Positions 1 to 9,841 of a stretch of 64,000 nt of DNA are shown piece by piece (the first letter of the stretch is position 1; every line of letters starts with the position of its first letter). The notes under the pieces are model-generated. The model searched no databases. It saw only the letters and a list, made by a program, of their open reading frames with translations, and had not been told where the DNA came from. The position numbers and the translations under genes were made by a program. The stretch lies in the NCBI GenBank assembly GCA_937975135.1, contig CALJVA010000118.1:27861-91860 (forward strand), written 5' to 3'. Origin of the DNA: an uncultured Thermoactinomycetaceae bacterium (GTDB lineage: Bacteria; Bacillota; Bacilli; Thermoactinomycetales; CALJVA01).

Positions 1-60
1 TGCAATTTTTCTCCTAAAGGAAAGCCACATAAATAGAGTAAATTGATTGATAAACTGATA

Positions 61-88
61 CCCCGTTGAGATGGAGACGGGGTTTTTA
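61..88 (+). terminator. Rho-independent terminator of the upstream off-window gene
   Basis: CCCCGT, 10-nt loop, ACGGGG, then TTTTTA. Confidence 0.7.
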
Positions 89-161
89 TGTATCATTTTT
101 CTAGAGATAACTTCCTTTGCTTTATAAGAGAAATTACGATACGATAAAAATATTGTAATGG

Positions 162-425
162 ATGAACGAAGGGGTGCATGGGATGGCAGATGGGGTGACA
201 AGCTTAGGGGTTACTGCACTCATTAATATTATACTTACACTTATTTGTATCGTTTTCAGCTGGTGGATCCTCACGAATATTCGTTTGGATGCATGGATGC
301 GTGAAACAGAGGGAATTCAGGCTAAAGCTTTGCCTGTATTTCTTTCGATTGTACTTGGACATGGTTTAGCCACTTTTTTAATTGATTATATGAGCTGGTC
401 AAAAATGCTTAGTCAATTATTCTAA
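162..425 (+). CDS. Small membrane protein, DUF1146/YwzB-like
   Basis: 87-aa ORF with hydrophobic helices. It sits just upstream of ywmB-murAA as in B. subtilis. The ATG at 183 has a better SD (AAGGGG) and may be the true start. Confidence 0.6.
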   Translation: MNEGVHGMADGVTSLGVTALINIILTLICIVFSWWILTNIRLDAWMRETEGIQAKALPVFLSIVLGHGLATFLIDYMSWSKMLSQLF

Positions 426-493
426 ATAGTATATCCTCCCCCTAATTCGATCAAAATAAAAGTAGGCATTTTTTTGGGGGGAGAGGATCTAAC

Positions 494-1219
494 TTGAGAA
501 TCAAATGGTTTGTCGGTATTATCGGACTCTTTTCACTTTGCTCTTTACTTTTAGGCTCAACTGTACAGCCAGATTCTGAGTGGAGATTAATTGAAGCATT
601 TCATAGTGTAAAAGCAAAGCCAAAGCGGTATGTTTTTCACCTAGGTGGAAGAACAGAAGAAGCGATCGATCGTACAGAACTCCTAACGCTGGTAAAAGAA
701 TTATCATCGGCTTTACAGCTTCCTCTTCCTAAGCACACTTCCACTAAGCATGGCGTAGAATGGAAAGCAACTGGTTTACAACGAAACCTCTATTTAAGAA
801 TTCACGTTCTTAACGATGAACCAAATCTATCACGAACTCATCCATATATTTCAATTCATTTAAGTGGTAGAGGAATTCCCGACAAACAACTTTCTGATAT
901 CAAGAAGCGTTTGGCTCCTGTATTGAAAAAATACGGGGTTAATTCTCAGTTCCAATTTTCGATTCAAGGACTTATACCTAAGGTAAATCAGACACCGTGT
1001 GATACAGTAGATGAAGTTTTGATGGTGCTTCATGCCCGGGAAATTGAGAGTTTGAGAGGGAAGAAAACAGCAAGTATTACAGCCTATACACCTTTGCTAT
1101 CAGGGGGTCTTCAGTCAAAAGGCAATACCATGAATGTTCAGGTAGCAGCGAGGAAAAGTTCCGGTAAAGGCGGTGTAATCCTGACACTGGGTACGCCAAT
1201 CATTACGATAGAATACTAG
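494..1219 (+). CDS. YwmB-family protein with an N-terminal signal/anchor
   Basis: 241-aa ORF with a TTG start after GGAGAGG. The N-terminus is hydrophobic. The position between the ywzB-like gene and murA matches B. subtilis ywmB. Confidence 0.5.
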   Translation: MRIKWFVGIIGLFSLCSLLLGSTVQPDSEWRLIEAFHSVKAKPKRYVFHLGGRTEEAIDRTELLTLVKELSSALQLPLPKHTSTKHGVEWKATGLQRNLYLRIHVLNDEPNLSRTHPYISIHLSGRGIPDKQLSDIKKRLAPVLKKYGVNSQFQFSIQGLIPKVNQTPCDTVDEVLMVLHAREIESLRGKKTASITAYTPLLSGGLQSKGNTMNVQVAARKSSGKGGVILTLGTPIITIEY

Positions 1220-1238
1220 TTTAGTGGAGGGAAAAGAC

Positions 1239-2537
1239 TTGGAAAAAATTATTGTGCGTGGTGGTAAGCCACTCAAAGGACGAGTAAAGGTAAGTGGAGC
1301 AAAAAATGCGGTGTTACCAATTATCGCGGCATCGATTTTGGCTTCTCGAGGAAAAGTTACAATTTTGGACGTCCCGCTTCTGGATGATGTGAAGACAATC
1401 ACCCAATTATTACTCGATTTAGGGATTGGCGTAGAGATAACCGATGGTTCTGTTCATATTTATCCAGAGAATTTGTACAGAACGGAAGCTCCTTATGAGT
1501 TGGTACGTAAAATGCGTGCTTCCTTTCTTGTTGCGGGTCCACTACTAGCACGTAAGAAGCATGCTCGGATCCCATTGCCTGGTGGGTGTGCGATTGGTAG
1601 CCGACCGATTGATCAGCATTTAAAAGGATTGGAAGCAATGGGTGCTGTTTTTGATATTGAACAGGGAGCGATTGAAGGGCGTGTTCCAGATCGACTACGG
1701 GGGGCTAAGATTTACCTTGATGTGGCCAGCGTTGGTGCAACTGAGAATATTATGATGGCGGCAACATTAGCAGAAGGACGCACAATTATTGAAAATGCCG
1801 CCTGTGAACCAGAAATCGTTGACTTGGCTAACTTCTTGAATGCGATGGGAGCCAAGGTACGTGGTGCGGGTACAGGAACGATTCGAATTGATGGAGTTGA
1901 TTTTCTCCGCGGGACGAGCTACACCGTCATTCCAGATCGAATCGAAGCAGGTACTTTTATGGCTGCTGCCGCCATTACACGAGGTGAAGTTTTTGTTGAA
2001 GGGGCTATTACCGACCATTTAAATCCCCTAATTGCTAAGATGCGGGAAATGGGAGTAGAAATATTGGAAGGTGAAAATGGAGTACATGTACGAGCTAAAG
2101 GTCGTCTACGTCCTGTCGATGTGAAAACACTACCCTATCCCGGATTTCCAACTGATTTACAGGCGCAAATGATGGCTTTGTTGCTAACTGCGGACGGAAC
2201 AAGCATTGTAACGGAAACTGTGTTTGAAAACCGTTTTATGCATGTGGAAGAACTGAAGCGGATGGGTGCAGATATGAAGATTGAAGGCCGATCTGTAGTA
2301 ATTAAAGGAGGAACACCTTTATCAGGTGCTAAAGTAAAGTCAACTGACTTGAGGGCTGGAGCGGCACTTGTTCTCGCAGGGTTGGCCGCAGAAGGAATTA
2401 CAGAAGTAGGAGATTTACACCATATTGATCGAGGTTATATCAACTTAGTTGAAAAATTGCGTGGACTGGGTGCGGATATCAAACGTGTAGCTGTTGACGA
2501 TGATGATAGCCTTTCTGTGGAACCTTCTTATGCATAA
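1239..2537 (+). CDS. murA: UDP-N-acetylglucosamine 1-carboxyvinyltransferase
   Basis: The N-terminus [27 protein letters not shown] and the full-length match are typical of MurA. The TTG at 1239 is preceded by GGAGGG; the ORF track starts at 1224. Confidence 0.95.
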   Translation: MEKIIVRGGKPLKGRVKVSGAKNAVLPIIAASILASRGKVTILDVPLLDDVKTITQLLLDLGIGVEITDGSVHIYPENLYRTEAPYELVRKMRASFLVAGPLLARKKHARIPLPGGCAIGSRPIDQHLKGLEAMGAVFDIEQGAIEGRVPDRLRGAKIYLDVASVGATENIMMAATLAEGRTIIENAACEPEIVDLANFLNAMGAKVRGAGTGTIRIDGVDFLRGTSYTVIPDRIEAGTFMAAAAITRGEVFVEGAITDHLNPLIAKMREMGVEILEGENGVHVRAKGRLRPVDVKTLPYPGFPTDLQAQMMALLLTADGTSIVTETVFENRFMHVEELKRMGADMKIEGRSVVIKGGTPLSGAKVKSTDLRAGAALVLAGLAAEGITEVGDLHHIDRGYINLVEKLRGLGADIKRVAVDDDDSLSVEPSYA

Positions 2538-2791
2538 TACTTATGATTATAAGAGTTAAAAAGAAGAGCCGCTCATTGACACATTGTACCGCGCAGTGCC
2601 GGTTTAAATAGAGTTGGATCGGATTCCAAATTCGATGGGAGAAGCTTTTCCTTCACTAAACTAAACCAAAGAGGATTACCTCAAAAGGAATGAAAGGTGG
2701 AGGGGTCGATTAGTATAGAACAACTAAACAATAACTGATACCGTTTTGTAAAGCAGGTTTGGATCACCTTACCCAAAATGATTCAACCTAA

Positions 2792-2826
2792 GCCTCTAGC
2801 CCACGCTAGAGGCATTTTCTTTTTTC
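2792..2826 (+). terminator. Rho-independent terminator about 250 nt downstream of the murA stop
   Basis: GCCTCTAGC, CCAC loop, GCTAGAGGC, then ATTTTCTTTTTTC. Confidence 0.75.
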
Positions 2827-2956
2827 TTTATTCCATTTCCCCCTTTTTTTGATTGTTCTAAACGACCGATATACAATCATAGATTTATAGAAAGGTTGTC
2901 CTAGAAAGAAATAAAGGGGGAGTAGCACAATCCATTAGGGATCTGTGCATTAAAGA

Positions 2957-3991
2957 GTGAAAAAAACGGTTTTGATTCTTATCTTGTCTATGATTGTGGT
3001 GATGCTTGTACTTCCATCGCTCATGGTTAATTTCTGGAAAGAGGAAGCTTCAGAGAAAGAAGAAGTAGCGGCAGCACCATTGGCCAATAAGGATGATCCT
3101 GTAATATCCGTATATCGTGTAGAAGAACAACGCATTATTGAAGTACCATTGGAAAAGTACATTCGGGGTGTTGTTGCTGCTGAAATGCCAGCTGACTTTC
3201 AGCTTGAAGCGTTAAAAGCACAAGCTCTTGCTGCTAGAACTTATATTGCTAACCGTTTGTTAACAGATCAAGGGACGGATATGGAGAAAATCGATGCGGC
3301 TGCTAAAGGATCACATGTTTCCGATAGTGTACAGCATCAAGTATATGAAAGTGATGAGCAACTAAAGGAGAAATGGGGCTCTGAATACGAAGAAAAAATA
3401 AAAAAGATTAACCAGGCCGTTCAGGAAACAAGGGGTAAAATCATACTTTATAATGGCAAGCCCATTTATGCAGCATTTTTTTCAACAAGTAACGGGCGAA
3501 CAGAAAATTCGGAGGATTATTTTGAGAAAGCTTACCCTTATCTTCGCAGTGTCTCCTCTATTTGGGATCAGAAATCACCAAAGTATATGGATCATAAAAA
3601 AATGACTGTGTCCGATGCAATTCAGCGTATAGAAAAAAAGACAGGAAAGAAAATCACACTTCCTGCAGGAGTTGGTGGTGACTGGATGAAGATTATAAAG
3701 CGAACTGCAGGTGGGCAAGTAGGAAAGGTGAAAATTGGAGATCAGGAATTAACGGGACGCGAGATAAGGGAAGCATTGGAGCTGGCATCTGCCGATTTTT
3801 CATGGAGTGTTCATAAGGAGACGATCATTTTCCAAACGAGGGGTTATGGGCATGGTGTTGGAATGAGCCAGTGGGGAGCAAACCTGATGGCGCAAGAAGG
3901 AAAGTCTGCTGAGGAGATTGTAAAACATTACTATCAAGGGGTAGAGATTGCTGATTTACAGCCATTACTTGCGTCGAAAAATGACAATTGA
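2957..3991 (+). CDS. spoIID: Stage II sporulation protein D (lytic transglycosylase)
   Basis: N-terminal TM segment. SpoIID-domain motifs are present (AQALAARTY, FFSTSNGRTE, GHGVGMSQWGA). The gene is syntenic with murA. Confidence 0.9.
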   Translation: MKKTVLILILSMIVVMLVLPSLMVNFWKEEASEKEEVAAAPLANKDDPVISVYRVEEQRIIEVPLEKYIRGVVAAEMPADFQLEALKAQALAARTYIANRLLTDQGTDMEKIDAAAKGSHVSDSVQHQVYESDEQLKEKWGSEYEEKIKKINQAVQETRGKIILYNGKPIYAAFFSTSNGRTENSEDYFEKAYPYLRSVSSIWDQKSPKYMDHKKMTVSDAIQRIEKKTGKKITLPAGVGGDWMKIIKRTAGGQVGKVKIGDQELTGREIREALELASADFSWSVHKETIIFQTRGYGHGVGMSQWGANLMAQEGKSAEEIVKHYYQGVEIADLQPLLASKNDN

Positions 3992-4065
3992 TTATATTGG
4001 TTCGTAATGATTGCTACCTATAAAAACGACACGGTTCAGAGACCTACACTTGCTTAAATATAGAA

Positions 4066-4110
4066 AGAGCCTTTATGCCTATTCAAAAGGGATTAAAGGT
4101 TCTTTTTTTT
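4066..4110 (+). terminator. Rho-independent terminator after spoIID
   Basis: AGAGCCTTTA pairs with TAAAGGTTCT (one G-U pair), followed by T8. Confidence 0.7.
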
Positions 4111-4206
4111 GTGCAACAATTTGGTGTTGGAAAATACAAAACATTACTCATCTGAGGTATAAAATGAGAATTCCCTGTCGAGAATGATGTCTGAGGTGAT
4201 ATCTAA

Positions 4207-4878
4207 ATGAAACCCGAAGAACCAAATAAACGAATGAATAAGGTGGAAATGCCATTCCGCTTTAAGTGGAAACGGTTATTTGCGAAAAAGTGGGTTTTCC
4301 CAGCACTCTATATGGCAGCGGCTGCACTTATTTTCAGCATGGTTTGGTGGTACCAGACCAGCCGAGATTTTAGTGTAACTAAGCCAGATACAAAGTTACA
4401 GGAGACCGTTTTGAATACAGCGGAAGAAGAGACGGAGCAATTAATCGTTCCCGTTGCTAAGGAAAGCAAAGCAGAAATGAAGATGGGATTTTATGACGAT
4501 GCAGGATCAGAAAAATCAAAGGAAGCTTCTTTGGTGAAGTATGCCAATACCTACTGGCCCCACTCAGGGGTTGATTTTGCACGAAAAGATGGGAAAACCT
4601 TTGACGTTGTAGCTGCATTGAGTGGAAAAGTAATTCGTGTCGAAGAAAACCCCGTAATCGGTCATGTTGTAGAGATTGCACATGGTAATGGCTTGATTAC
4701 AGTATATCAAAGCTTAGCTAATGTCAAAGTAGCTAAAGATGATCAAGTCAGACAAGGTGATGTAATCGCAGAAGCGGGAAGAAATAACTTTGAAAAAGAA
4801 GCAGGTATTCATCTACACTTTGAGGTTCGAAAAGACCAACAAGCTGTGAACCCGGATCAATATTTAAAAATTAATTAG
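4207..4878 (+). CDS. spoIIQ: Stage II sporulation protein Q (TM anchor plus LytM/M23 domain)
   Basis: KKWVFPALYMAAAALIFSMVWWYQ and the LytM domain align closely with my recollection of B. subtilis SpoIIQ. The spoIID-spoIIQ-spoIIID synteny is also seen in C. difficile. SD GAGGTG. Confidence 0.8.
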   Translation: MKPEEPNKRMNKVEMPFRFKWKRLFAKKWVFPALYMAAAALIFSMVWWYQTSRDFSVTKPDTKLQETVLNTAEEETEQLIVPVAKESKAEMKMGFYDDAGSEKSKEASLVKYANTYWPHSGVDFARKDGKTFDVVAALSGKVIRVEENPVIGHVVEIAHGNGLITVYQSLANVKVAKDDQVRQGDVIAEAGRNNFEKEAGIHLHFEVRKDQQAVNPDQYLKIN

Positions 4879-4894
4879 GATTTAAATGTGATCC

Positions 4895-4923
4895 AAGCAC
4901 CGCTCTATTCAGGAGCGGTGCTT
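4895..4923 (+). terminator. Strong hairpin after spoIIQ with a weak T-tract
   Basis: AAGCACCGCTC, 7-nt loop, GAGCGGTGCTT (11 bp, perfect). Confidence 0.5.
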
Positions 4924-5042
4924 CAATTATACAAAAATAAAAAAGTCGCTTTTTTGGCTTGTCATAGCTTGTTTAGGTGAGAATAACCGCCAAAACGGCT
5001 CATATAATGTACCAAACATTGAGCCAGAGGGAGGCGAGGGGA

Positions 5043-5336
5043 GTGCACGATTATATAAGAGAAAGAACGATAAAGATTGGGCGTTATTTTGTAGAAACGC
5101 GTAATACTGTAAGAAGTATAGCGAAAGAGTTTGGAGTATCTAAAAGTACTGTACACAAAGATTTAACGGAACGTCTTCCTGAAATCAATCCTGAACTGGC
5201 AAGTAAAGTGAAAGAAATTTTAGAATACCACAAATCAGTTCGCCATCTTCGTGGAGGTGAAGCGACGAAAGTTAAATATAAACGAATGCCGAGTAAAAAA
5301 GAAAGTGGTAAGTCAGAATCTATGCTTAAAATTTAA
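5043..5336 (+). CDS. spoIIID: Sporulation transcriptional regulator SpoIIID
   Basis: VHDYIRERTIKIGRYFVETRNTVRSIAKEFGVSKSTVHKDLTERLPEINP...HLRGGEATK is near-identical to the canonical SpoIIID. The GTG at 5043 follows GGAGGCGAGGGGA. The ORF-track start at 4977 is an upstream extension. Confidence 0.92.
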   Translation: MHDYIRERTIKIGRYFVETRNTVRSIAKEFGVSKSTVHKDLTERLPEINPELASKVKEILEYHKSVRHLRGGEATKVKYKRMPSKKESGKSESMLKI

Positions 5337-6253
5337 TGGGCGACACCTTGGGGTCAGTCATCCAGGAATATTTCTACCATTTATACATACCAAGATTTAA
5401 TATTGGGCAAAGAATTTGTCATCGAAGGGATTTACAAAACATAGAGATTCTATCCCCCTTACCCCTCCCCATTTTTCCTATTGATGATAGGATTGACATA
5501 GCCCTTAGGGATATCTTAAATTATCAGAAGAGGAATATCCCCTTTTCCGCAAAGGGGAAAGCATGTTATGAGTATTATAATTTCCATAAATTCACAACCC
5601 TTATTCGGCTTCGCCGATCTTTAGTTAAGTTCTAAGGGTGGAATAGTATAATATATAAAGAAGATCTCTCTTCCTTATAGTGAACCCGTCTTTTTGGTAG
5701 AAAAGGACGGGAAATGTTTGTATACTAATAAGTATGGTATGAAAATCTGCTCTGTGGAAGGAAAAGTAAAACAAAAAATATAAAAGTACCCTTTTTGGGT
5801 CGGGTGTGGGGTGTACTGCGCAACGTGATGTTCTAATAATGGAGGATTCGCAGCATACCCCACGCCCTTCCGCCTTTTTCACATCTCTTATTTTACGGTG
5901 TGAAAAGTGCCGCAAAATCGCTTTTCAGCCGCTAGGAGATGCGGAATGTTTTTTCCTAGGTCGAATAGAAGAAATAAATGAAGAGAATTGAGTATCGTAA
6001 GTTTTTAATGAGGACGAGCATTGGTTTCGTTTGTTGGTGATGAAAAAGTGGTGTTTAATTAAACAGTTTAGTTGAGGGATCATATAATAGAAGAAATTGT
6101 TTATCGGGGTAAATACGATCACTATGGAATCGTATAAGGAAGTTATAATGAATTTCAATATTCTTTTTATTAGAGAGAAGGAAAACCAATTGAGGGGGGA
6201 AGCCCGTTCTACCCACCCATCGAGGGGAGGGGCAGGAATCGGGATGCAAGGAA

Positions 6254-6940
6254 ATGGATAAAATGAGGCGGCGACTGAAAGGCGGACAGACAGAATCTTT
6301 TCATCCTAACGAAGGAAGCATAAAGAAAAAGTTGCCTCGCTCACAAGAAGAAAGGAATCCGGAAGAGCGAATGCAAGAAGACGAGGAAGAAAACTTGAAG
6401 GAAAAGTCCGTATCAACAATAGCAACGGAGCCAGTAGGAACGTTAAAGTGGAAAAAGGAAGATTCTGCTTCTGAACAATGGGAGAGCGAATTAGATAAAG
6501 AATCCTCCCTTTTAAAAGTGGGAAAACTAAAATGGAAAAAAGAGGATGACCCATCTGAGGAACAAATCCCTTACTTAGATTCTAAATATGATAAGAACTC
6601 TTCACTTGTAAAAGAAGAAACAAATGAATTAGCAGCTTCAGCCCAATCATTAACCATGCAAAAAGATCCTAAACCTTCCCATGAAGCAGCAAAAATCAAG
6701 GGTGCTGATCAAAAGTCCGATCTTGCTGAAGAGAGTAAGAAAAAGCCGTTAGGACGGAGAATGCTCCGGCTATTTATTAAGATTACTTGGTTTCCTGCCC
6801 TTATAACCTTTGCTTTAATTATTGGTCTGATGATTGGTTATGGGGTACTGGGAGCAAAAGAGGTTGAGCAAGACTTATCTGTTGGAGATGTTTTTGATAT
6901 TGAACTATGGAAACATCTCTATAATTTGATATATGGCTAG
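6254..6940 (+). CDS. Acidic repeat protein with a C-terminal TM and an EpuA-like (PF11772-like) tail
   Basis: 228-aa ORF. It has two LKWKKED-containing repeats. The C-terminal LIIGLMIGYGVLG...DVFDIELWKHLYNLI resembles the EpuA family as I remember it. Confidence 0.5.
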   Translation: MDKMRRRLKGGQTESFHPNEGSIKKKLPRSQEERNPEERMQEDEEENLKEKSVSTIATEPVGTLKWKKEDSASEQWESELDKESSLLKVGKLKWKKEDDPSEEQIPYLDSKYDKNSSLVKEETNELAASAQSLTMQKDPKPSHEAAKIKGADQKSDLAEESKKKPLGRRMLRLFIKITWFPALITFALIIGLMIGYGVLGAKEVEQDLSVGDVFDIELWKHLYNLIYG

Positions 6941-7059
6941 GAAAACCCGCCTTTCGCTGCAAACTTCTTATTGTAGCAAGGCGGGCTGTTTTCCATCCAC
7001 ATACGCAAAGGTACAAATCGGTTATAATAGAATGATGGGATAGGCGAGGAGGGACCCTG

Positions 7060-7581
7060 ATGAATTTGCCCAACTTATTAACTTTGTTTCGCTTTGCTTT
7101 GATTCCAATCTACATAGTAGTTTTTTTCTCAGATATACCTGGACATATGCAATGGGCATTCGGGGTTCTTCTCTTAGCTGGGTTAACGGATGTTCTTGAT
7201 GGATATTTGGCTCGCCGAAATCATCAGGTTACAAAAGTGGGCGTGATGTTAGATCCTTTGGCCGATAAAATGATGATGATCGCTGTCTTTTTAAGCTTAC
7301 TAATTGCACAACGAATCAGCTTAGGGGCGGCACTGGCTATTTTTATGCGTGATATAGGGATGATCGTGGGAGCAGGGATCTTTCATATTCGAGGAAAGCT
7401 TACGGTTCCTGCGAATAAACTGGGCAAATTAACTACGTTCTTATTTTATGTGGCGCTTTTTCTTATCATGTTTGAACTTTCGATGGCGGAAACGTTTTTA
7501 TGGGGAGTTATTATCCTTTCGTTTATCACTTTGATTGTCTATATTGTTCAGTTTAAACAGTTAAACAAAGAACAGCAATAA
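7060..7581 (+). CDS. CDP-alcohol phosphatidyltransferase family protein (PgsA-like)
   Basis: N-terminus MNLPNLLTLFRFALIPI. Carries the D-G-x2-A-R...G-x3-D-x3-D motif (DVLDGYLARR...GVMLDPLADK). Multi-TM. Confidence 0.85.
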   Translation: MNLPNLLTLFRFALIPIYIVVFFSDIPGHMQWAFGVLLLAGLTDVLDGYLARRNHQVTKVGVMLDPLADKMMMIAVFLSLLIAQRISLGAALAIFMRDIGMIVGAGIFHIRGKLTVPANKLGKLTTFLFYVALFLIMFELSMAETFLWGVIILSFITLIVYIVQFKQLNKEQQ

Positions 7582-7650
7582 AGAGCGATTACATATAGAA
7601 GAGAATGATTTCCTTTGAAAAAACTGCAATGACATGAAAAGTGTAAGATA

Positions 7651-7659
7651 TGGTATAGT
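7651..7659 (+). promoter_or_regulatory. Extended -10 promoter element (TGgTATAGT) upstream of the malic enzyme gene
   Basis: TGGTATAGT lies 68 nt upstream of the TTG start. No good -35 element. Confidence 0.35.
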
Positions 7660-7726
7660 ATTACATTAGTGTCTAGATACAGTTATGGAGATTTTACATG
7701 ATAAAGTCTGAGGAGGTGAAAAAGGC

Positions 7727-9040
7727 TTGACGGAACGGAATATTATCCGGTCGCTAATGGTGGAAACCCCCTCGGTTCCTGGAAATCTTGGGCGTGTAAC
7801 GACGGCGATTGGTGAGGTTGGTGGAGATATTGGTGATGTGGAGACCATTAAGATTGGTCCTGTATCGATTACACGAAATATTACGGTACATTGTGAAGAT
7901 GAAGAGCAGCTTCAATCCGTAATGAATGCGATACGCCAATTGGGGGGCGGCATACGTTTACATGCAGTATCGGATGAGGTTTTACGTGCCCATGAAGGCG
8001 GAAAAATACGGATGAGAAGCCAGATTGATATTCGTTCTCTCGCTGATATACGCCGAGTCTATACTCCAGGAGTAGCCGATGTCTGTCGTTTATTACAAAG
8101 AAGTCCTGAAATGTCTCGTATTTATACGAGCATTGGGAACACAGTAGCCATTGTTACCGATGGCTCTGCAATTCTTGGACTGGGCAATATAGGCCCTGTT
8201 GCTGGGATGCCTGTAATGGAAGGAAAAGCAGCCCTTTTTGATCAGTTTGCTGGTATTAGTGGGATTCCGATATTAATCAATACTGGGGATCCCGATGAAA
8301 TTGTGGAGACAGTGAAAAGAATTTCCCTCAGTTTCGGAGGTATTTTGTTAGAGGATATTCGCTCACCTCAATGCTTTGAAATTGAAGAGAGGCTAAAAAA
8401 TGAATTGGATATCCCAGTGATGCATGATGACCAACATGGAACAGCAGTGGTTACGTTAGCAGCAGTAATTACTGCTTGTCGAAGTACGGGAATCGATTTA
8501 CAAAATGCGAGTGTGGGTCAAATTGGTTTAGGAGCAGCAGGTTTAGCGATTTGTCGTATGTTTCTTGCTTATGGGGTAGAAGAGGTCTATGGGACAGACC
8601 TTGAGGAACAAGCAATTCAACGTTTAGTTTCTTTTGGGGGTAAACCTCTTTCACTGGAAGAAATCGTACAATCTTGTGATATTGTTATTGCGACTACGGG
8701 TGTTCCTGGTTTAATTCGACCGGAATGGGTACGGAAAGGTCAAGTAATATTAGCCTTGTCCAATCCAAAACCAGAAATACGCCCTGAGGAAGCACTACAA
8801 GCCGGTGCATCCTTCGCTGCTGATGGACGAGCTGTGAATAATGTGCTTGGCTTCCCTGGAATTTTCCGTGGAGCTTTGGATGCTGGAGTGAAGCAAATTT
8901 CACATCAAATGTTGGTTGCAGCAGCAGAAGCGATCGCCAATTGTACTCGTGAAGGGGATTTAGTTCCACATCCTTTAGATCCAAAAGTACACCGAGAAGT
9001 GGCCCGTGAAGTAGAAGCTGCAGCGCGGATGTCTCGCTAA
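7727..9040 (+). CDS. NAD(P)-dependent malic enzyme with an N-terminal ACT domain
   Basis: Malic-enzyme motifs are present: GPVAGMPVMEGKAALF, VMHDDQHGTAVVTLAA and GLGAAG. The first ~75 aa look ACT-like. TTG start after GAGGAGGTG. Confidence 0.88.
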   Translation: MTERNIIRSLMVETPSVPGNLGRVTTAIGEVGGDIGDVETIKIGPVSITRNITVHCEDEEQLQSVMNAIRQLGGGIRLHAVSDEVLRAHEGGKIRMRSQIDIRSLADIRRVYTPGVADVCRLLQRSPEMSRIYTSIGNTVAIVTDGSAILGLGNIGPVAGMPVMEGKAALFDQFAGISGIPILINTGDPDEIVETVKRISLSFGGILLEDIRSPQCFEIEERLKNELDIPVMHDDQHGTAVVTLAAVITACRSTGIDLQNASVGQIGLGAAGLAICRMFLAYGVEEVYGTDLEEQAIQRLVSFGGKPLSLEEIVQSCDIVIATTGVPGLIRPEWVRKGQVILALSNPKPEIRPEEALQAGASFAADGRAVNNVLGFPGIFRGALDAGVKQISHQMLVAAAEAIANCTREGDLVPHPLDPKVHREVAREVEAAARMSR

Positions 9041-9120
9041 GGGAATGTTGAAATGATTTTTGCTATTGAACGGCTCACTATATTGTAATTGCTTTGTACA
9101 ATAACTTAGCTAAGTAGAAC

Positions 9121-9152
9121 AGCGCCAAGGCTTAGCTTGGCGCTTTTTATTT
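9121..9152 (+). terminator. Rho-independent terminator
   Basis: AGCGCCAAG, loop, CTTGGCGCT, then TTTTTATTT. Confidence 0.8.
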
Positions 9153-9352
9153 GAACCTAGCCTTCTGTAGTATTTCATATTCATACAATGTTAAATAGAT
9201 AATAACAGTTACACGAGCTATAATGAAGACAAATATGCTCTATAAGGTTGTCAGAAAATGGAGCATTCAATTACTCCTGGATTAGAAAATAATATCAAGA
9301 AGATAGAGACGGGAAAGATAATCACAATGTACTTCTATAAAGGGGTAGAAAA

Positions 9353-9787
9353 ATGAAAATGGATATAAAGAAAATCATGGAGACAATTCCCCATCGATAT
9401 CCCTTTTTGCTGATCGATCAAATCAAGGAGTTAGAAGTAGGAAAGCGAGCGGTCGGAATAAAAAATGTTACCATTAATGAACCCTTTTTTCAGGGACATT
9501 TTCCCGATTATCCAGTCATGCCTGGTGTACTTATTGTGGAAGCTCTAGCCCAAGTAGGAGCTGTTGCCGTGCTCGGAATGGAGGAAAATCAAGGGAAGTT
9601 AGCTTTTTTTGCGGGAATCGATCGATTTCGCTTTCGTGGTCAGGTGAAACCAGGGGATACCTTGGAGTTGGAAGTTGAAATGATTACACTACGTCGATCC
9701 CTTGGCAAAGGAAAAGGAATTGCTAGAGTAGATGGTCGCATTGTTGCTGAAGGGGAGCTTATGTTTGCGATCGGAAACCAACAGTAA
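9353..9787 (+). CDS. fabZ: 3-hydroxyacyl-ACP dehydratase
   Basis: [18 protein letters not shown] and [14 protein letters not shown]. Confidence 0.95.
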   Translation: MKMDIKKIMETIPHRYPFLLIDQIKELEVGKRAVGIKNVTINEPFFQGHFPDYPVMPGVLIVEALAQVGAVAVLGMEENQGKLAFFAGIDRFRFRGQVKPGDTLELEVEMITLRRSLGKGKGIARVDGRIVAEGELMFAIGNQQ

Positions 9788-9800
9788 AACGAATAGCATC

Positions 9801-9826
9801 AAGGAAGGTCCAAGTGGACCTTCCTT
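9801..9826. terminator. Perfect 11-bp hairpin between the convergent fabZ and a small minus-strand ORF
   Basis: AAGGAAGGTCC, AAGT loop, GGACCTTCCTT. No clear U-tract on either strand. Confidence 0.5.
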
Positions 9827-9841
9827 ATCCAAAGGAAGCAC

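Noticed and set aside
5336-6249. Several 60-99-aa ORFs on both strands in the post-spoIIID gap (5336..5635, 5625..5915, 5806..5991, 5925..6158, 6055..6249)
   Set aside because: They overlap one another and lack SD sequences. Their composition is not protein-like, and some read through strong hairpins. I treat the region as non-coding; see the 5337-6253 finding.
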